Part shown: piece after piece, positions 1 to 10,310 of the stretch
How positions within the stretch are numbered: the first letter of the stretch is position 1
Layout: each line of letters opens with the position of its first letter
DNA from: an uncultured virus (IMG/VR IMGVR_UViG_3300000478_000004)
Taxonomy: Duplodnaviria > Heunggongvirae > Uroviricota > Caudoviricetes
Length of the DNA stretch: 64,000 nucleotides
IMG/VR virus record: IMGVR_UViG_3300000478_000004
Strand: one strand, 5' to 3'
Position numbers and translations under genes: made by a program
Notes under the pieces: model-generated
The model's database searches: none
The model's input: the letters and a program-made list of their open reading frames with translations, nothing else
Told to the model about the DNA's origin: nothing

Positions 1-2
1 CT

Positions 3-3000
3 GGTCTGGATGTAGTGGGTGTGGGATCCTCACCCACTGCAGGCACTGCACTGCTTCAGATTACGCCTGCCTCTGCTTCCGCCCTAGCTCTCCTTCCTTT
101 CGGAGCTGCAGCGGGCAATACATCAGAGATTAGGTTCTTTGAGTTGGCTGCCAATGGTACTGATTACGTTGGATTTAAGTCCCCAGACCTTCTTGCTGCC
201 CCTGTTACTTGGACTCTACCTTCTGCCGATGGCTCTGCTGGGACTTTTCTCTCTACCAATGGTTCTGGTTCTCTTTCTTTCTCCTCCGTTTCTTCTCTTC
301 AGGATGCAGACGCGGATACCTCAATTACTGTCGAACTTGCGGCAGACGAAGACGTTATCAGGTTCAATCTAGGTGATACTCCTGGTTTCGGTCCCTTCCC
401 TAACGTACTTACTTTGGATTCTGCCAATGGTTTTAGGTGGAACACTGCGCAGGAAGACTTAGACTTCCGCATAAGCTCAGACAATATTGCTAATGCTTTC
501 CTTGTGAATGCTGCGCTTGATAGACTAGAGACAGCGTCAGAATTCTTCTATACCCCATCAAGCTTCGGGTTAGGTACCAACACTACAATAAACTCTGGAA
601 ACGAAGCGTGGGCCATAGGAAACAATGCTGCAGCCAGTGGTTTTGGTTCCATCACTATAGGATTCAACGCTTCCGGGGGAGGAGCAGCAGCTCCTGGTAC
701 TGTTTCTATTGGTCGAGGAGCCTCCGCACCTGGGTCTGGAAATGTCGCTGTTGGTGACATCTCTGTCGCTGGTAGCCAAAATACTGTGGCTCTGGGTCTT
801 CAAGCGCAGTCCACCAACATACAGAGCATATCTCTTGGTGCTTCCACTCTATCTTCTGGTGATCGTTCTATTGCTGTAGGCGCCTTCGCTCAAGCTACGG
901 CTGCTAGTACTCAGGCTTACGGAAGAAGTGCTACTGCTGCATTTGCGGATAGCGTAGCTCTTGGTCGAACCGCCACGACCACGACCACGAACCAGCTGAT
1001 GATAGGAGCAGATTTAGTTCCCCTCAACACAGAGATAAACGGGACTCTTCTAATTGACCCAGGGTCTGCTGATGCTCTCACTATTGATCCTTTCGGAGTG
1101 GCGGCGGGGGAGACGGGAGAGATCAGGTTCAGGGAGTTGGCCGCTAACGGAACAGATTACGTTGGATTTAAGGCCCCTGATTTACTTGCTGCTCCAGTAA
1201 TTTGGACTCTTCCTGTGTCCGACGGATCCGCTGGTACATTCTTGGCCACAGACGGATCAGGTGTTCTATCCTTTTCGTCCGTTTCCTCTCTACAGGATGC
1301 AGACGGAGACACGTCTATCACGGTTGAATCTGCCGTAGACGAGGACATTATCAGGTTCAACCTAGGTGACACCCCTGGTTTTGGTCCATTTACTGATGTT
1401 TTGGCTATAGGTTCTGCTACCGGATTCGTGTTCAACCAAAACCAAGACGACCTAGACTTCGTGGTGTCTACCACAGGTCTCGCTTCTGCCCTCGTAATTG
1501 ACTCTGCAAATGACGTAATTGGACTTGGTGCTGTGCCTTTGGCTGGTTCTGGCTTGCTTCAGCTTACACCTACCTCCGCTCTGGCGCTCTCCGTTCTTCC
1601 CTTTGGCGTAGCTGCAGGAGAAACATCAGAGATCCGCTTCTTTGAATTAGCAGCCAATGGCACTGACTATGTAGGATTCAAGGCTCCTGACCTAATTGCC
1701 GCTCCCGTTACTTGGACGCTTCCTCCTTCTGATGGTGCGGCAGGTACGTTCTTGTCCACAGACGGTTCCTCCGTTCTCTCCTTCTCCTCTGTTTCCTCTC
1801 TACAAGACGCAGACGCGGACACCTCTATTACCCTAGAGGCTGCGGTAGATGAGGACATCATAAGATTCAACCTTGGTGACACCCCTGGCTTCGGACCATT
1901 CACTAACGTTCTAACCATAGGTTCTGCTACCGGATTTGTGTTCAACGCTGCACAGGACGACTTGGACCTTTCCGTATCGTCTACGGGCATCGTTGGACTT
2001 CTAACAGTTGACTCGGGACTAGACATAGTCGGAGTCGGTGGGCCGCCTAGCGCAGGAACTCACGTATTTCAGGTTACAGGTGACCAAGTCATTACTGGAA
2101 ACCTTATAGTTCAAGGTACGACAACCTCTATAAGTTCAGAGATAGTCAATGCAGCAGATAACCACCTATACCTGAATGCCGAATACACTACAGCCGTTGC
2201 TCAAACAGGCGGTCTGGTAGTAAACTACCTCCCTACAGCTACTACGGATACCTCGGGTGGTGTAGCTGCTTTTACTGCTGGCGTACCCGCTGTTTCAAAC
2301 CCTACCGTTACCACTGTCGCTGCTTCTGTATTTACTGCAGGGGACCTTGTCCAAATCAGTGGGGCTGCCGATCCAGAGAACAACGGACTGTTTGAGGTAG
2401 AGTCTCATGCAGCTAATTTGCTCACTCTTCGCGGTGTAGGTACTGTGGGTACCACTGTTGATTTTGTGCAAACAGACTTGGTGGCTGGAGATGGTCCTGC
2501 TTCTATCACCCTTGTCAATGTGGGCATACTTCGTTCTGGTACTGACGGTATATGGGAAGTTGCTGCCGGGTCGACTACAACTGGGCTCACGTTTGCTGAT
2601 TTGGTGAGTGGTGTTGTTTCATCCATTGCAGATGCGGATGCTGATACTTCCATCACAGTAGAGGCGGCTGCAGACGAAGACATTATTAGATTCAACCTTG
2701 GAGATACCCCTGGATTCGGTCCCTTCACGGATGTCCTAACAGTGGCATCCTCTACCGGATTTCTTTTCAACCAGAACCAAGATGATCTTGACTTGGTGGT
2801 TTCCACTACGGGTCTTGTTTCCGCTATTTCTGTAGATGCGGCTAACGACGTAATTGGTTTTGGTGCTGCGGCCACAGCAGGATCCGGCCTGGTCCAGGTC
2901 ACTCCTGCTTCAGCTCCTGCTATTACTATTGCTCCCTTCGGAGTAGCTGCGGGGGAGACCTCTGAAATTAGATTCCTAGAACTTGCTGCTAACGGAACAG

Positions 3001-3464
3001 ACTACGTAGGATTTAAATCTCCAGATCTGTTAGCCGCTCCTGTCATTTGGACCCTTCCAGACGCTGACTCAGCGGGTACTTTGGTAAGTGATGGTGCTGG
3101 TAATCTAAGTTTTTCTGCTGCTGGCGGTGGTCTTCTAGGTACTGTTCAAACAGTGGACGCTACTCCTACTACTCTATACACATTTTCCCTTGCTGCCGAT
3201 GGCGTTGCTATGATAGAAACCACTATTCTTGGAAGGGTCAACGGAGGTGGAAACACTGCGTCGTACAAGAGAACAGCCAGAGTGACTACGGTTGCAGGTA
3301 CCTCTACCGTAAACTTGGTACAGACTGATTTCACTAGTGAAGATGACCCGCTATGGGACGTACAAATAACCACCGTCGGTGTAAATGCAGTAATACAGGT
3401 GACAGGAGTAGCTGCTACTACCATTGACTGGTCCTCTTCTAGTACCGTTACGGAGCTTATCTAA
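3..3464 (+). CDS. Large modular virion fibre/adhesin protein (5' partial), with repeated modules and a YadA-head-like repeat region
   Basis: Frame is open from the window edge (GLDVVGVG matches internal GLDIVGVG). Four copies of EIRFxELAANGTDYVGFKxPD..WTLP and four of DADxDTSITxExxxDEDxIRFNLGDTPGFGPF. About 14-aa SxAxG repeats at roughly 595-1010. Confidence 0.75.
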   Translation, partial: GLDVVGVGSSPTAGTALLQITPASASALALLPFGAAAGNTSEIRFFELAANGTDYVGFKSPDLLAAPVTWTLPSADGSAGTFLSTNGSGSLSFSSVSSLQDADADTSITVELAADEDVIRFNLGDTPGFGPFPNVLTLDSANGFRWNTAQEDLDFRISSDNIANAFLVNAALDRLETASEFFYTPSSFGLGTNTTINSGNEAWAIGNNAAASGFGSITIGFNASGGGAAAPGTVSIGRGASAPGSGNVAVGDISVAGSQNTVALGLQAQSTNIQSISLGASTLSSGDRSIAVGAFAQATAASTQAYGRSATAAFADSVALGRTATTTTTNQLMIGADLVPLNTEINGTLLIDPGSADALTIDPFGVAAGETGEIRFRELAANGTDYVGFKAPDLLAAPVIWTLPVSDGSAGTFLATDGSGVLSFSSVSSLQDADGDTSITVESAVDEDIIRFNLGDTPGFGPFTDVLAIGSATGFVFNQNQDDLDFVVSTTGLASALVIDSANDVIGLGAVPLAGSGLLQLTPTSALALSVLPFGVAAGETSEIRFFELAANGTDYVGFKAPDLIAAPVTWTLPPSDGAAGTFLSTDGSSVLSFSSVSSLQDADADTSITLEAAVDEDIIRFNLGDTPGFGPFTNVLTIGSATGFVFNAAQDDLDLSVSSTGIVGLLTVDSGLDIVGVGGPPSAGTHVFQVTGDQVITGNLIVQGTTTSISSEIVNAADNHLYLNAEYTTAVAQTGGLVVNYLPTATTDTSGGVAAFTAGVPAVSNPTVTTVAASVFTAGDLVQISGAADPENNGLFEVESHAANLLTLRGVGTVGTTVDFVQTDLVAGDGPASITLVNVGILRSGTDGIWEVAAGSTTTGLTFADLVSGVVSSIADADADTSITVEAAADEDIIRFNLGDTPGFGPFTDVLTVASSTGFLFNQNQDDLDLVVSTTGLVSAISVDAANDVIGFGAAATAGSGLVQVTPASAPAITIAPFGVAAGETSEIRFLELAANGTDYVGFKSPDLLAAPVIWTLPDADSAGTLVSDGAGNLSFSAAGGGLLGTVQTVDATPTTLYTFSLAADGVAMIETTILGRVNGGGNTASYKRTARVTTVAGTSTVNLVQTDFTSEDDPLWDVQITTVGVNAVIQVTGVAATTIDWSSSSTVTELI

Positions 3465-6400
3465 TGGCTAATATTCTAGGAAGATTGACAAACAACGGTG
3501 TAGACTTTCTGCACGTAGACGCAGATCCGTCTGCTGGACCTGGTACACCCGCGTCACAGGGTACAGTAGCAGCAGTATCTGCTGGGTCCCTGTGGCAAAA
3601 GACAGGTGGGTTGGACACAGACTGGACATCAGTAGGATCGTCTAGTATTCCCGGTAACAAGTTGGTTTTTCAGCCTGGTGGCGTTTCTTCCGGTAACTTG
3701 TACGGTACATGGGGAGAGGTGGTTACCGCTCTTGCTTCGATAAATGGTAGCGCCGAAGTTGAGTTCGACTTTTCCGTATCCGGAAGTCCTGTAGTAATTC
3801 CTCCTGGTGCTTACTCCCTCGGGGAGGTGACATTTACTCTGTCTCCAAGGGTACTGACATTTCCTGTAGTTCAGTTTGGTACAGGCACTATTGTTGATGG
3901 TCTACTTGGGGTCAGGGGCCCCATGATTCTAGAAAGCACAGGAACTACTTCTCCTATTTCCTACGCTTCTGGTATTAACGTATTTATACTGGACCAGGGC
4001 GCTAGACTGATTAGTTCTGGTACGTCCCCATTCATAGATGTTCAGGCAGGCGCTTCTCTTTTTCCTAGTATATTTGTTGGTGGACAGCTATCAAACGCAG
4101 GGGGCAGCGACGTCATAGCACTGTCAGCCACTTCTTCGTTGCAGGTGAACCTGTTTGAAAACGGCCTCATCGATGACGATGTTATTTCTGGTCCTGCTGG
4201 CGCCGCCGCTGCGTACGCTATATTTTCTCCCGCAGTAGATGCGTCTACCACTCAGACTAATCTAATAGACCCAGTTGTTGTATCTCTACAATCAAGGGCA
4301 AGTTTAGTTGGCTACTCTCCTACTACTCCTGCTGACTGGTCACCAGTACCAGATGACGTGGGGGAGGCACTAGACCAGATTGCCTCTTCTCTTGTTCCTG
4401 GGAACTTTCTTGTGTTTCAGCCAGGAGGCACTCCTTCTGGCAATGTTTATGATGATTGGTCTCTTTTATACGCGGATCTTCTCACCGTATCAGGACCGAT
4501 ATTTGTTGCCATAGATGACTCTATAGTTTCTCCTGTGACACTTCCAGCAGGAACCTATGATTTAAGTAATGTAACCCTCTTAGGCATAGAGACTTCGGTT
4601 ATCGCAGACCGACCCAGTTTGGTATTGCCAGAGGGCGTAATTATTCAGAATGTACGAGGATTCCAGGGATTGGGCGTCACGGGAACGGCTACTGTTACTC
4701 CAAACATTTCGTATTCCGCAGGTACTTCAGATTTATTTTTAGGTCCATTTTCCACCCTAAATGCGTCTGGTACTGTTTCACCCCTCTCAGTCGGTGCTGG
4801 GGCCACACTAACGATGCGGGTTGGTATGGACTCCGCTATCCAGAGTTTGGGAGGATTTGAGCCTATAACCATGGCTGCTGGATCATTTATTTCTGTCGTT
4901 GGTCTGGACGTTTCCAATCTTCAGGACGACACCGTTAGGGGCGACGGTTCCTTGTTTTTGACATGGACAGGTCCTTCTTCTTCTTTGTCTTCTTCGCACT
5001 TGAATTTTACTGGAACAATAACTGAGTTTTTAGACAATGTTTCTCGCAGAATAAGTTATGATGACTCTCTAGTTTTGCCTACACTTGGTGTGGATAACGT
5101 GCAGGAAGCTATAGACACTCTAAAGTCTTCGTCTTCTGGTGCTACAAACTTTCTTGTGTTTCAGCCAGGAGGCACTCCTTCTGGCAATGTTTACGATGAC
5201 TGGGCTACTCTTTATGCCGTCCTACTTACCATAGACGGACCAAAGTTTATCCAACTGGACGACGCCTTTTCCTCTCCCATAAACATACCAGTAGGTCTAT
5301 TTGACCTTTCTAACACACTTATCGTGGGACGTGATACACCTATCTCTTCCAGCAGACCCACAGCAGATTTGCAGGAGGGAACTGTATTACAGAATTTGAT
5401 AGGGTTTCATGGAGTAAATGTTAATAGCCTTTCTACGTCTGCTCCTAACATCACCTATTCCTCGGGTACTAATTACCTTTCAGTAGGGCCCAACTCATCA
5501 TTGACTTCTTCCGGAACCACATTTTGCATAGAAGTATCTGCTGTTGCCTCACTGACTGTACACGTAGCACCTTCATCTTCTATATCCAACACAGGATTTG
5601 AGGCTATTTCTGGTGTTTCTGGATGCACCATTAACATACTTGGTTTTGAGGGGTCCTCTCTTTCTTCCGACGCTATTAGAGGGGACGGGTCCCTCAACAT
5701 TACTTGGTCTAGTCCTTCTGCCTCTTTGTCTTCCGTTCAGACAAACTTTTCTGGAACTATTACAGAATTTCTTGACAATCTTTCCAGAAGAGTTTTTTAC
5801 GACGACGCTCTTACCTCCCCTACATTAGGCTCAGGTCACGTTCAAGGTGCCATTGACGCACTAAAAACAAGAGGTTCTGTAACTCTCCTGGTCAACCAGG
5901 TTGGACATGGTTTTTCGCCCTTAGACGTCATACGTCTTAGTGGCGGTACGTATGTTTTGGCTCAGGCAAACTCCTCTACCACCTTGGGTCAGTTTGTAGT
6001 TTCTACCATTGTTGACGTAGATAACTTCATACTCGTGCAAAGCGGTCAGGCCACAATACCTGCCCACGGTCTAACTATAGATGAGTACTACTTTCTAAGC
6101 GACACAGTTGCTGGCGGGTTGTCCATAACAGCACCCAATCTCAGCAACCCCATGTTGTACGTACAGGACGCCAACACTGTGTGGGTATTCCCCTGGAGAC
6201 CACTTGATGCCACCTCAAACCAATCCGACCCCAGTTACATTAGGCGTATTGGTGGTACACTTAAGGGGTCAACAAACACGAATGTAGTCAGGTGGTCTAC
6301 AGCTGCTGAGGCCACTGGTATAGACATCACTTATGTCGCCAATAGCGTCAGTGGGGACAGCTTCCTAATAAACACGACAGGTATATACTCTGTATCTTGT

Positions 6401-6643
6401 TCAGGGCAACGGGGTCCTATTAGCTTAGACCCCTTTCAGATCGGAATAAGTCCCGTCATAGTTAATGCTCTGGGTGGAGCAGACACACGTGCTAATCTTG
6501 TATTTCCTGCTGCAGGTGGCGGTGACGGTTGTTTGTCTTGGACTGGACCCATTTCTGCCGGTGATAGGGTTTATGTTAGAACTCCTGCCTCAATGGGAGG
6601 AGCTGTAGAAAATCAGATAACAATAACAAGGATAGACGTCTAA
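3464..6643 (+). CDS. Virion structural/fibre protein with three internal repeats and a C-terminal beta-sandwich
   Basis: 1059 aa. Three copies of NxLVFQPGGxxSGNxYxxW; NVQEAID/HVQGAID fibre-type motifs; C-terminal domain shared with the next ORF. Confidence 0.65.
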   Translation: MANILGRLTNNGVDFLHVDADPSAGPGTPASQGTVAAVSAGSLWQKTGGLDTDWTSVGSSSIPGNKLVFQPGGVSSGNLYGTWGEVVTALASINGSAEVEFDFSVSGSPVVIPPGAYSLGEVTFTLSPRVLTFPVVQFGTGTIVDGLLGVRGPMILESTGTTSPISYASGINVFILDQGARLISSGTSPFIDVQAGASLFPSIFVGGQLSNAGGSDVIALSATSSLQVNLFENGLIDDDVISGPAGAAAAYAIFSPAVDASTTQTNLIDPVVVSLQSRASLVGYSPTTPADWSPVPDDVGEALDQIASSLVPGNFLVFQPGGTPSGNVYDDWSLLYADLLTVSGPIFVAIDDSIVSPVTLPAGTYDLSNVTLLGIETSVIADRPSLVLPEGVIIQNVRGFQGLGVTGTATVTPNISYSAGTSDLFLGPFSTLNASGTVSPLSVGAGATLTMRVGMDSAIQSLGGFEPITMAAGSFISVVGLDVSNLQDDTVRGDGSLFLTWTGPSSSLSSSHLNFTGTITEFLDNVSRRISYDDSLVLPTLGVDNVQEAIDTLKSSSSGATNFLVFQPGGTPSGNVYDDWATLYAVLLTIDGPKFIQLDDAFSSPINIPVGLFDLSNTLIVGRDTPISSSRPTADLQEGTVLQNLIGFHGVNVNSLSTSAPNITYSSGTNYLSVGPNSSLTSSGTTFCIEVSAVASLTVHVAPSSSISNTGFEAISGVSGCTINILGFEGSSLSSDAIRGDGSLNITWSSPSASLSSVQTNFSGTITEFLDNLSRRVFYDDALTSPTLGSGHVQGAIDALKTRGSVTLLVNQVGHGFSPLDVIRLSGGTYVLAQANSSTTLGQFVVSTIVDVDNFILVQSGQATIPAHGLTIDEYYFLSDTVAGGLSITAPNLSNPMLYVQDANTVWVFPWRPLDATSNQSDPSYIRRIGGTLKGSTNTNVVRWSTAAEATGIDITYVANSVSGDSFLINTTGIYSVSCSGQRGPISLDPFQIGISPVIVNALGGADTRANLVFPAAGGGDGCLSWTGPISAGDRVYVRTPASMGGAVENQITITRIDV
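4403..5193 (+). repeat. Exact 47-nt direct repeat (4403-4449 and 5147-5193)
   Basis: aactttcttgtgtttcagccaggaggcactccttctggcaatgttta occurs twice, identical. Confidence 0.9.
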
Positions 6644-7533
6644 TGGCTGGTACCATCGTAGAGCCTCTTCGGTCAAATACCGTAAACAATTCATTTCTTC
6701 AGGTTCTTTTGAACGCTAGTACAGGATTTCCCGGAATAGGGAATCGCATAACCTTAGACACTGTGGTCCTATCCTCTGGGTCTGACATAGTATATTCTGG
6801 TACTCCTGGAATATTCAACCTAGCTGCTAATAGGACTTATCGTCTCTCTGGGGTGTGCCGTTTCACTGGATCCCCACCATGGGGTGTAAACTTATCTTGG
6901 TATGACATTACGGCCGCTACAGCATTTGGTGCACAAGCTAATGTAACTTCTCCCACAACTGCCACAGGGTCTAACGTAAACTATTGTGTGGCGTACATCA
7001 CGACTTCTGTTGCCACACAGGTGGAGCTTAGAGTTACTAATGCGTCTGGTAGCGTGACAGGTGTTACAGGACAAGCAACAAACTGTGAGATAGAAAGCCA
7101 ACAGGCGGTAATACCTGCGTTTAACCTTAGTTACGTTCGCAGGTCTGGAGGTACTTTAAGAGGAAGCACAAACACGAATGTAGTAAGATTTTCTTCTGCT
7201 GACGCTTCTACTGGTACGGACATTACTTATGTTCCTGACGCTACCTTTGGTGACTCATTTCTAGTAAACGTGGCTGGTGTGTATTCCGTTTCAACAACTT
7301 CAAACACCACAGCCGCTAATTCTCTCTTGGCTATTAACGTTGGCGCTCTACAAAACTTATTTGCTACGAGTGACATCCGATCCGTGATAAGTGGAGACAG
7401 CACTTCTGCTTCCTTGATATCCACTTCTTGGGTAGGATTTATTCCAGCCTCTTCCCAGATATATATCTTGTGTAACTCTGGTTCTGCCGCACCCGCTGTG
7501 AATAATCAGGTTTCCATATCTAGGCTTGTATGA
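6643..7533 (+). CDS. Virion protein with two C1q/TNF-like beta-sandwich domains (putative)
   Basis: 296 aa. C-terminal SYVRRSGGTLRGSTNTNVVRF..GDSFLVNVAGVYSVS is paralogous to the C-terminus of 3464-6643. Confidence 0.55.
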   Translation: MAGTIVEPLRSNTVNNSFLQVLLNASTGFPGIGNRITLDTVVLSSGSDIVYSGTPGIFNLAANRTYRLSGVCRFTGSPPWGVNLSWYDITAATAFGAQANVTSPTTATGSNVNYCVAYITTSVATQVELRVTNASGSVTGVTGQATNCEIESQQAVIPAFNLSYVRRSGGTLRGSTNTNVVRFSSADASTGTDITYVPDATFGDSFLVNVAGVYSVSTTSNTTAANSLLAINVGALQNLFATSDIRSVISGDSTSASLISTSWVGFIPASSQIYILCNSGSAAPAVNNQVSISRLV

Positions 7534-7536
7534 TCT

Positions 7537-8067
7537 ATGCCCACACTTCGTATCAGAAATCTAACACCTCGACGATTGGTATTCGATCGCGTCGTTGGGG
7601 CTGTTGCGCCTGATTCAACGAAGGATGTAGACATAGACGTTTCTCAGATTGAGTTTCTTCGTCCATCTTTGGTGAAGATGCGAGATGCGGGTCTCATCGA
7701 GTTCAACCATTTCAACGTAGATGACGATGGAGATGACGATACGGAGTTCGTCACTCTTGAGGATATAAAATTCCGCATTGCCAACGCTATTGGAGGCGGA
7801 CCCGGTTCTGGAAATGGAACAGCCGGAACTCAGCCTCTAACTGGCATCGTCAACGGAGCAAACCAAACATTTACTAGCGTCACTAAGTGGATCAGAAATG
7901 CAAATACCGCTGAGACACTATTCTATAATGGAGTGCGCCTTACAGAAGGAGCTGGAAATGATTATATTGCCTCTGAATCCGTACCCACTACCGGGTACGA
8001 CACTGTAACTTTAGCCTTTGCTCCGCAGCCTGGCGATGTCTTAGTCATAGATTTCTACCCAATATGA
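7537..8067 (+). CDS. Putative virion protein
   Basis: 176 aa. N-terminal domain paralogous to 16171-16545; C-terminal GxVNGxNxTFT..FYNGVRL..G..NDY domain typical of phage structural proteins. Confidence 0.55.
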   Translation: MPTLRIRNLTPRRLVFDRVVGAVAPDSTKDVDIDVSQIEFLRPSLVKMRDAGLIEFNHFNVDDDGDDDTEFVTLEDIKFRIANAIGGGPGSGNGTAGTQPLTGIVNGANQTFTSVTKWIRNANTAETLFYNGVRLTEGAGNDYIASESVPTTGYDTVTLAFAPQPGDVLVIDFYPI

Positions 8068-8092
8068 CATGAATTTATAGTAAGGAGAGAAA

Positions 8093-9649
8093 ATGCCTAG
8101 GACTTTCATACGTCAGGAAACTCAGATTCGTAACTCTGACACGTACGATGACACGCTTGCAGCAGGTGCCACACTAGAATCGGCAGCCGCCTCTATTGAG
8201 GACGACCTTAATGCTCTCAGGTCTCAGGTAAACAGAATCATAGACGATTCCGGCACCGGAAACTGGTACGATGCCATTCCTACTGTGAATGCTAAGCAGA
8301 GGTCCATACTCGACCTAAACACAGACTTGGACGACATAGAAGAAAAGCGTTTGCTTTTCCGGTCCCAGATTCTCACTGACGTGACAGTTACTGGCGGTCA
8401 GAACTTTGAGATTCTTTCTGTGGCTGGTTCTGAAGCTCCTTCCGAGACTGCTGCTGTGGGTGCTGTTATCACTCAGGGTGCCGTGGTGGCTCAGAACGGC
8501 ACCTTTGGGGCACACTCCTTGGCTGAAGTGGCAGGACCTAACGCAATTCGTCCTGACAACCTTTGCATTGTTCGTGACGCCACCACAGGAGAGCCCATCA
8601 TAAGCTCCAACGGTAAGCAGATTTACGCACTTCTCCAGTCAGAATCGGCTACAGATGGTCACACCTTCAACGATGGTGCTCAGCGAGTTCAACTCTCTTT
8701 CGTAGAAGAGAACGCTTCTGGTGATGACTTGGTGGCCACTGCCATTGCTGACATCGCTGGTTCTACCATCAACTACGCATACGTTCGTCGTATAGCCTTT
8801 GACTCCATTCCAGAGGACGCTTTCCTAGCCGGTGTGTTCTTGGATCAGGCCGCTACCACGGATGTGACTCTCGATAACGCCATCGACAACCAGTCTGGTC
8901 CCGCAACTCAGAACCAGAGTATCGAAGTACGTATCACCGACACCTTCTCTTGGGCCTTCCAGGACTCTACTGGTGCCACAGACATTCTTTCTATAGACGC
9001 TGCCGTTGCGGGTGACTCCGTGTCGATGACGGTGGCCGATTTTACCGTGACCAACACAAACACCGCCACCATGACCAATGGATTGGCTGTTGATACGGGT
9101 GGTACCCAGATAAACTTGGGTGCTACCGCAGGCCAGATAGACTCTGCTGGTGCTCTTACACTGGCATCTGCTGCTGCTTCTGACCTTACTATTGATGCTG
9201 CCAACGAGATCGTTTTTGACGATGGAAACAAGACAGCCTCTACTTTTGCTGGAGCACTCAAACTCACAGAGACCACTGCAGAGTGGGATACGTACGAAAC
9301 GAACTTCGGTGAGGTATCCATATTCAACGCACTGAACCAACTTGCTGCAAGTGCTGGTCTCTCCCGTACAAAGGGAGTAGCCCTAGTTACTGCTGCTACT
9401 ATTGCAGCGGATACGGATGTGGGCGCCACTACTTCTGGTAATATTGACGTAGACCTTCCTGATTACTCTGGTGTTGGAAGCTTTGTCACGGATGTGGACG
9501 TTTACCTGAACGGTACACTACTTAGAAATGGTGCCAATGCGGCAGCAAACCATGACGTATATCCAGGAACCACAGCAGCCAACGGTGATCTTAGATTTGA
9601 GTTTGCTTTGACTCTTGATGATCAGATTACGATGATCGTTTGGGTCTGA
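8093..9649 (+). CDS. Putative virion structural protein
   Basis: 518 aa, Ala/Thr/Asp-rich, strong RBS (aaggagag). C-terminal DVYLNGTLL..HDVY domain resembles that of 7537-8067. Confidence 0.6.
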   Translation: MPRTFIRQETQIRNSDTYDDTLAAGATLESAAASIEDDLNALRSQVNRIIDDSGTGNWYDAIPTVNAKQRSILDLNTDLDDIEEKRLLFRSQILTDVTVTGGQNFEILSVAGSEAPSETAAVGAVITQGAVVAQNGTFGAHSLAEVAGPNAIRPDNLCIVRDATTGEPIISSNGKQIYALLQSESATDGHTFNDGAQRVQLSFVEENASGDDLVATAIADIAGSTINYAYVRRIAFDSIPEDAFLAGVFLDQAATTDVTLDNAIDNQSGPATQNQSIEVRITDTFSWAFQDSTGATDILSIDAAVAGDSVSMTVADFTVTNTNTATMTNGLAVDTGGTQINLGATAGQIDSAGALTLASAAASDLTIDAANEIVFDDGNKTASTFAGALKLTETTAEWDTYETNFGEVSIFNALNQLAASAGLSRTKGVALVTAATIAADTDVGATTSGNIDVDLPDYSGVGSFVTDVDVYLNGTLLRNGANAAANHDVYPGTTAANGDLRFEFALTLDDQITMIVWV

Positions 9650-9674
9650 TCTATCTTCTTAGAGAGGTTTATAA

Positions 9675-10307
9675 ATGTCTGAGGCTAAATCAAAGTTTAA
9701 GGTTGACTTTTCTCATTCTTTTGGGTGTGAGATAGAGGATTTGATGGAGGCCAAACAAACTGGCCTCCACCAAATCACTGGTGGAATTCACGCTCTATCT
9801 GAGATAGCCAAGTTCATTGCTGACCTAGGCGCACATGTCGATAAAGATGTAGAAGAAGGTAAGTTTAAGGACCTGAGCGAAGTTCAAGTATCTGCTCTTG
9901 TCAAAAGATACCTCGGCAGAGCTGTGGGTGTGGTAGATAACCTGAAGCAGAAAGCCACCCGAGAACTTGAAGTGACACGTGGTGAGGTACAGGCCTACTC
10001 TAAGGTCATTTCCAAGCTCAAGAAAATCCATGACGAGGAGTCGTCCAAACTTGAACATCTAAAGAAGGTCGAGTCTATAAGTCAAAATTCTATTGAGTAC
10101 TCTTCTGGAGACATAGTGGTGTCGACAGATACAGCTACCATATCTGAAGTACCCTCCTCCAGTAGGAGGATACCTGGAACACACCCTGGTCCTAGCCTGG
10201 CTTCTAGAAGAAAGGCCGCTGAGGCTGAGGCAAAGGCCCCAGTTGAACCGGAGCCTAAGGTGAAGAAGCCTCGAAAGCCAAGAAAGAAAAAGACAGAGAA
10301 GAACTAA
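9675..10307 (+). CDS. Hypothetical coiled-coil protein with basic C-terminal tail
   Basis: 210 aa ORF with RBS gagagg; ends PKVKKPRKPRKKK. Confidence 0.6.
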   Translation: MSEAKSKFKVDFSHSFGCEIEDLMEAKQTGLHQITGGIHALSEIAKFIADLGAHVDKDVEEGKFKDLSEVQVSALVKRYLGRAVGVVDNLKQKATRELEVTRGEVQAYSKVISKLKKIHDEESSKLEHLKKVESISQNSIEYSSGDIVVSTDTATISEVPSSSRRIPGTHPGPSLASRRKAAEAEAKAPVEPEPKVKKPRKPRKKKTEKN

Positions 10308-10310
10308 CGA

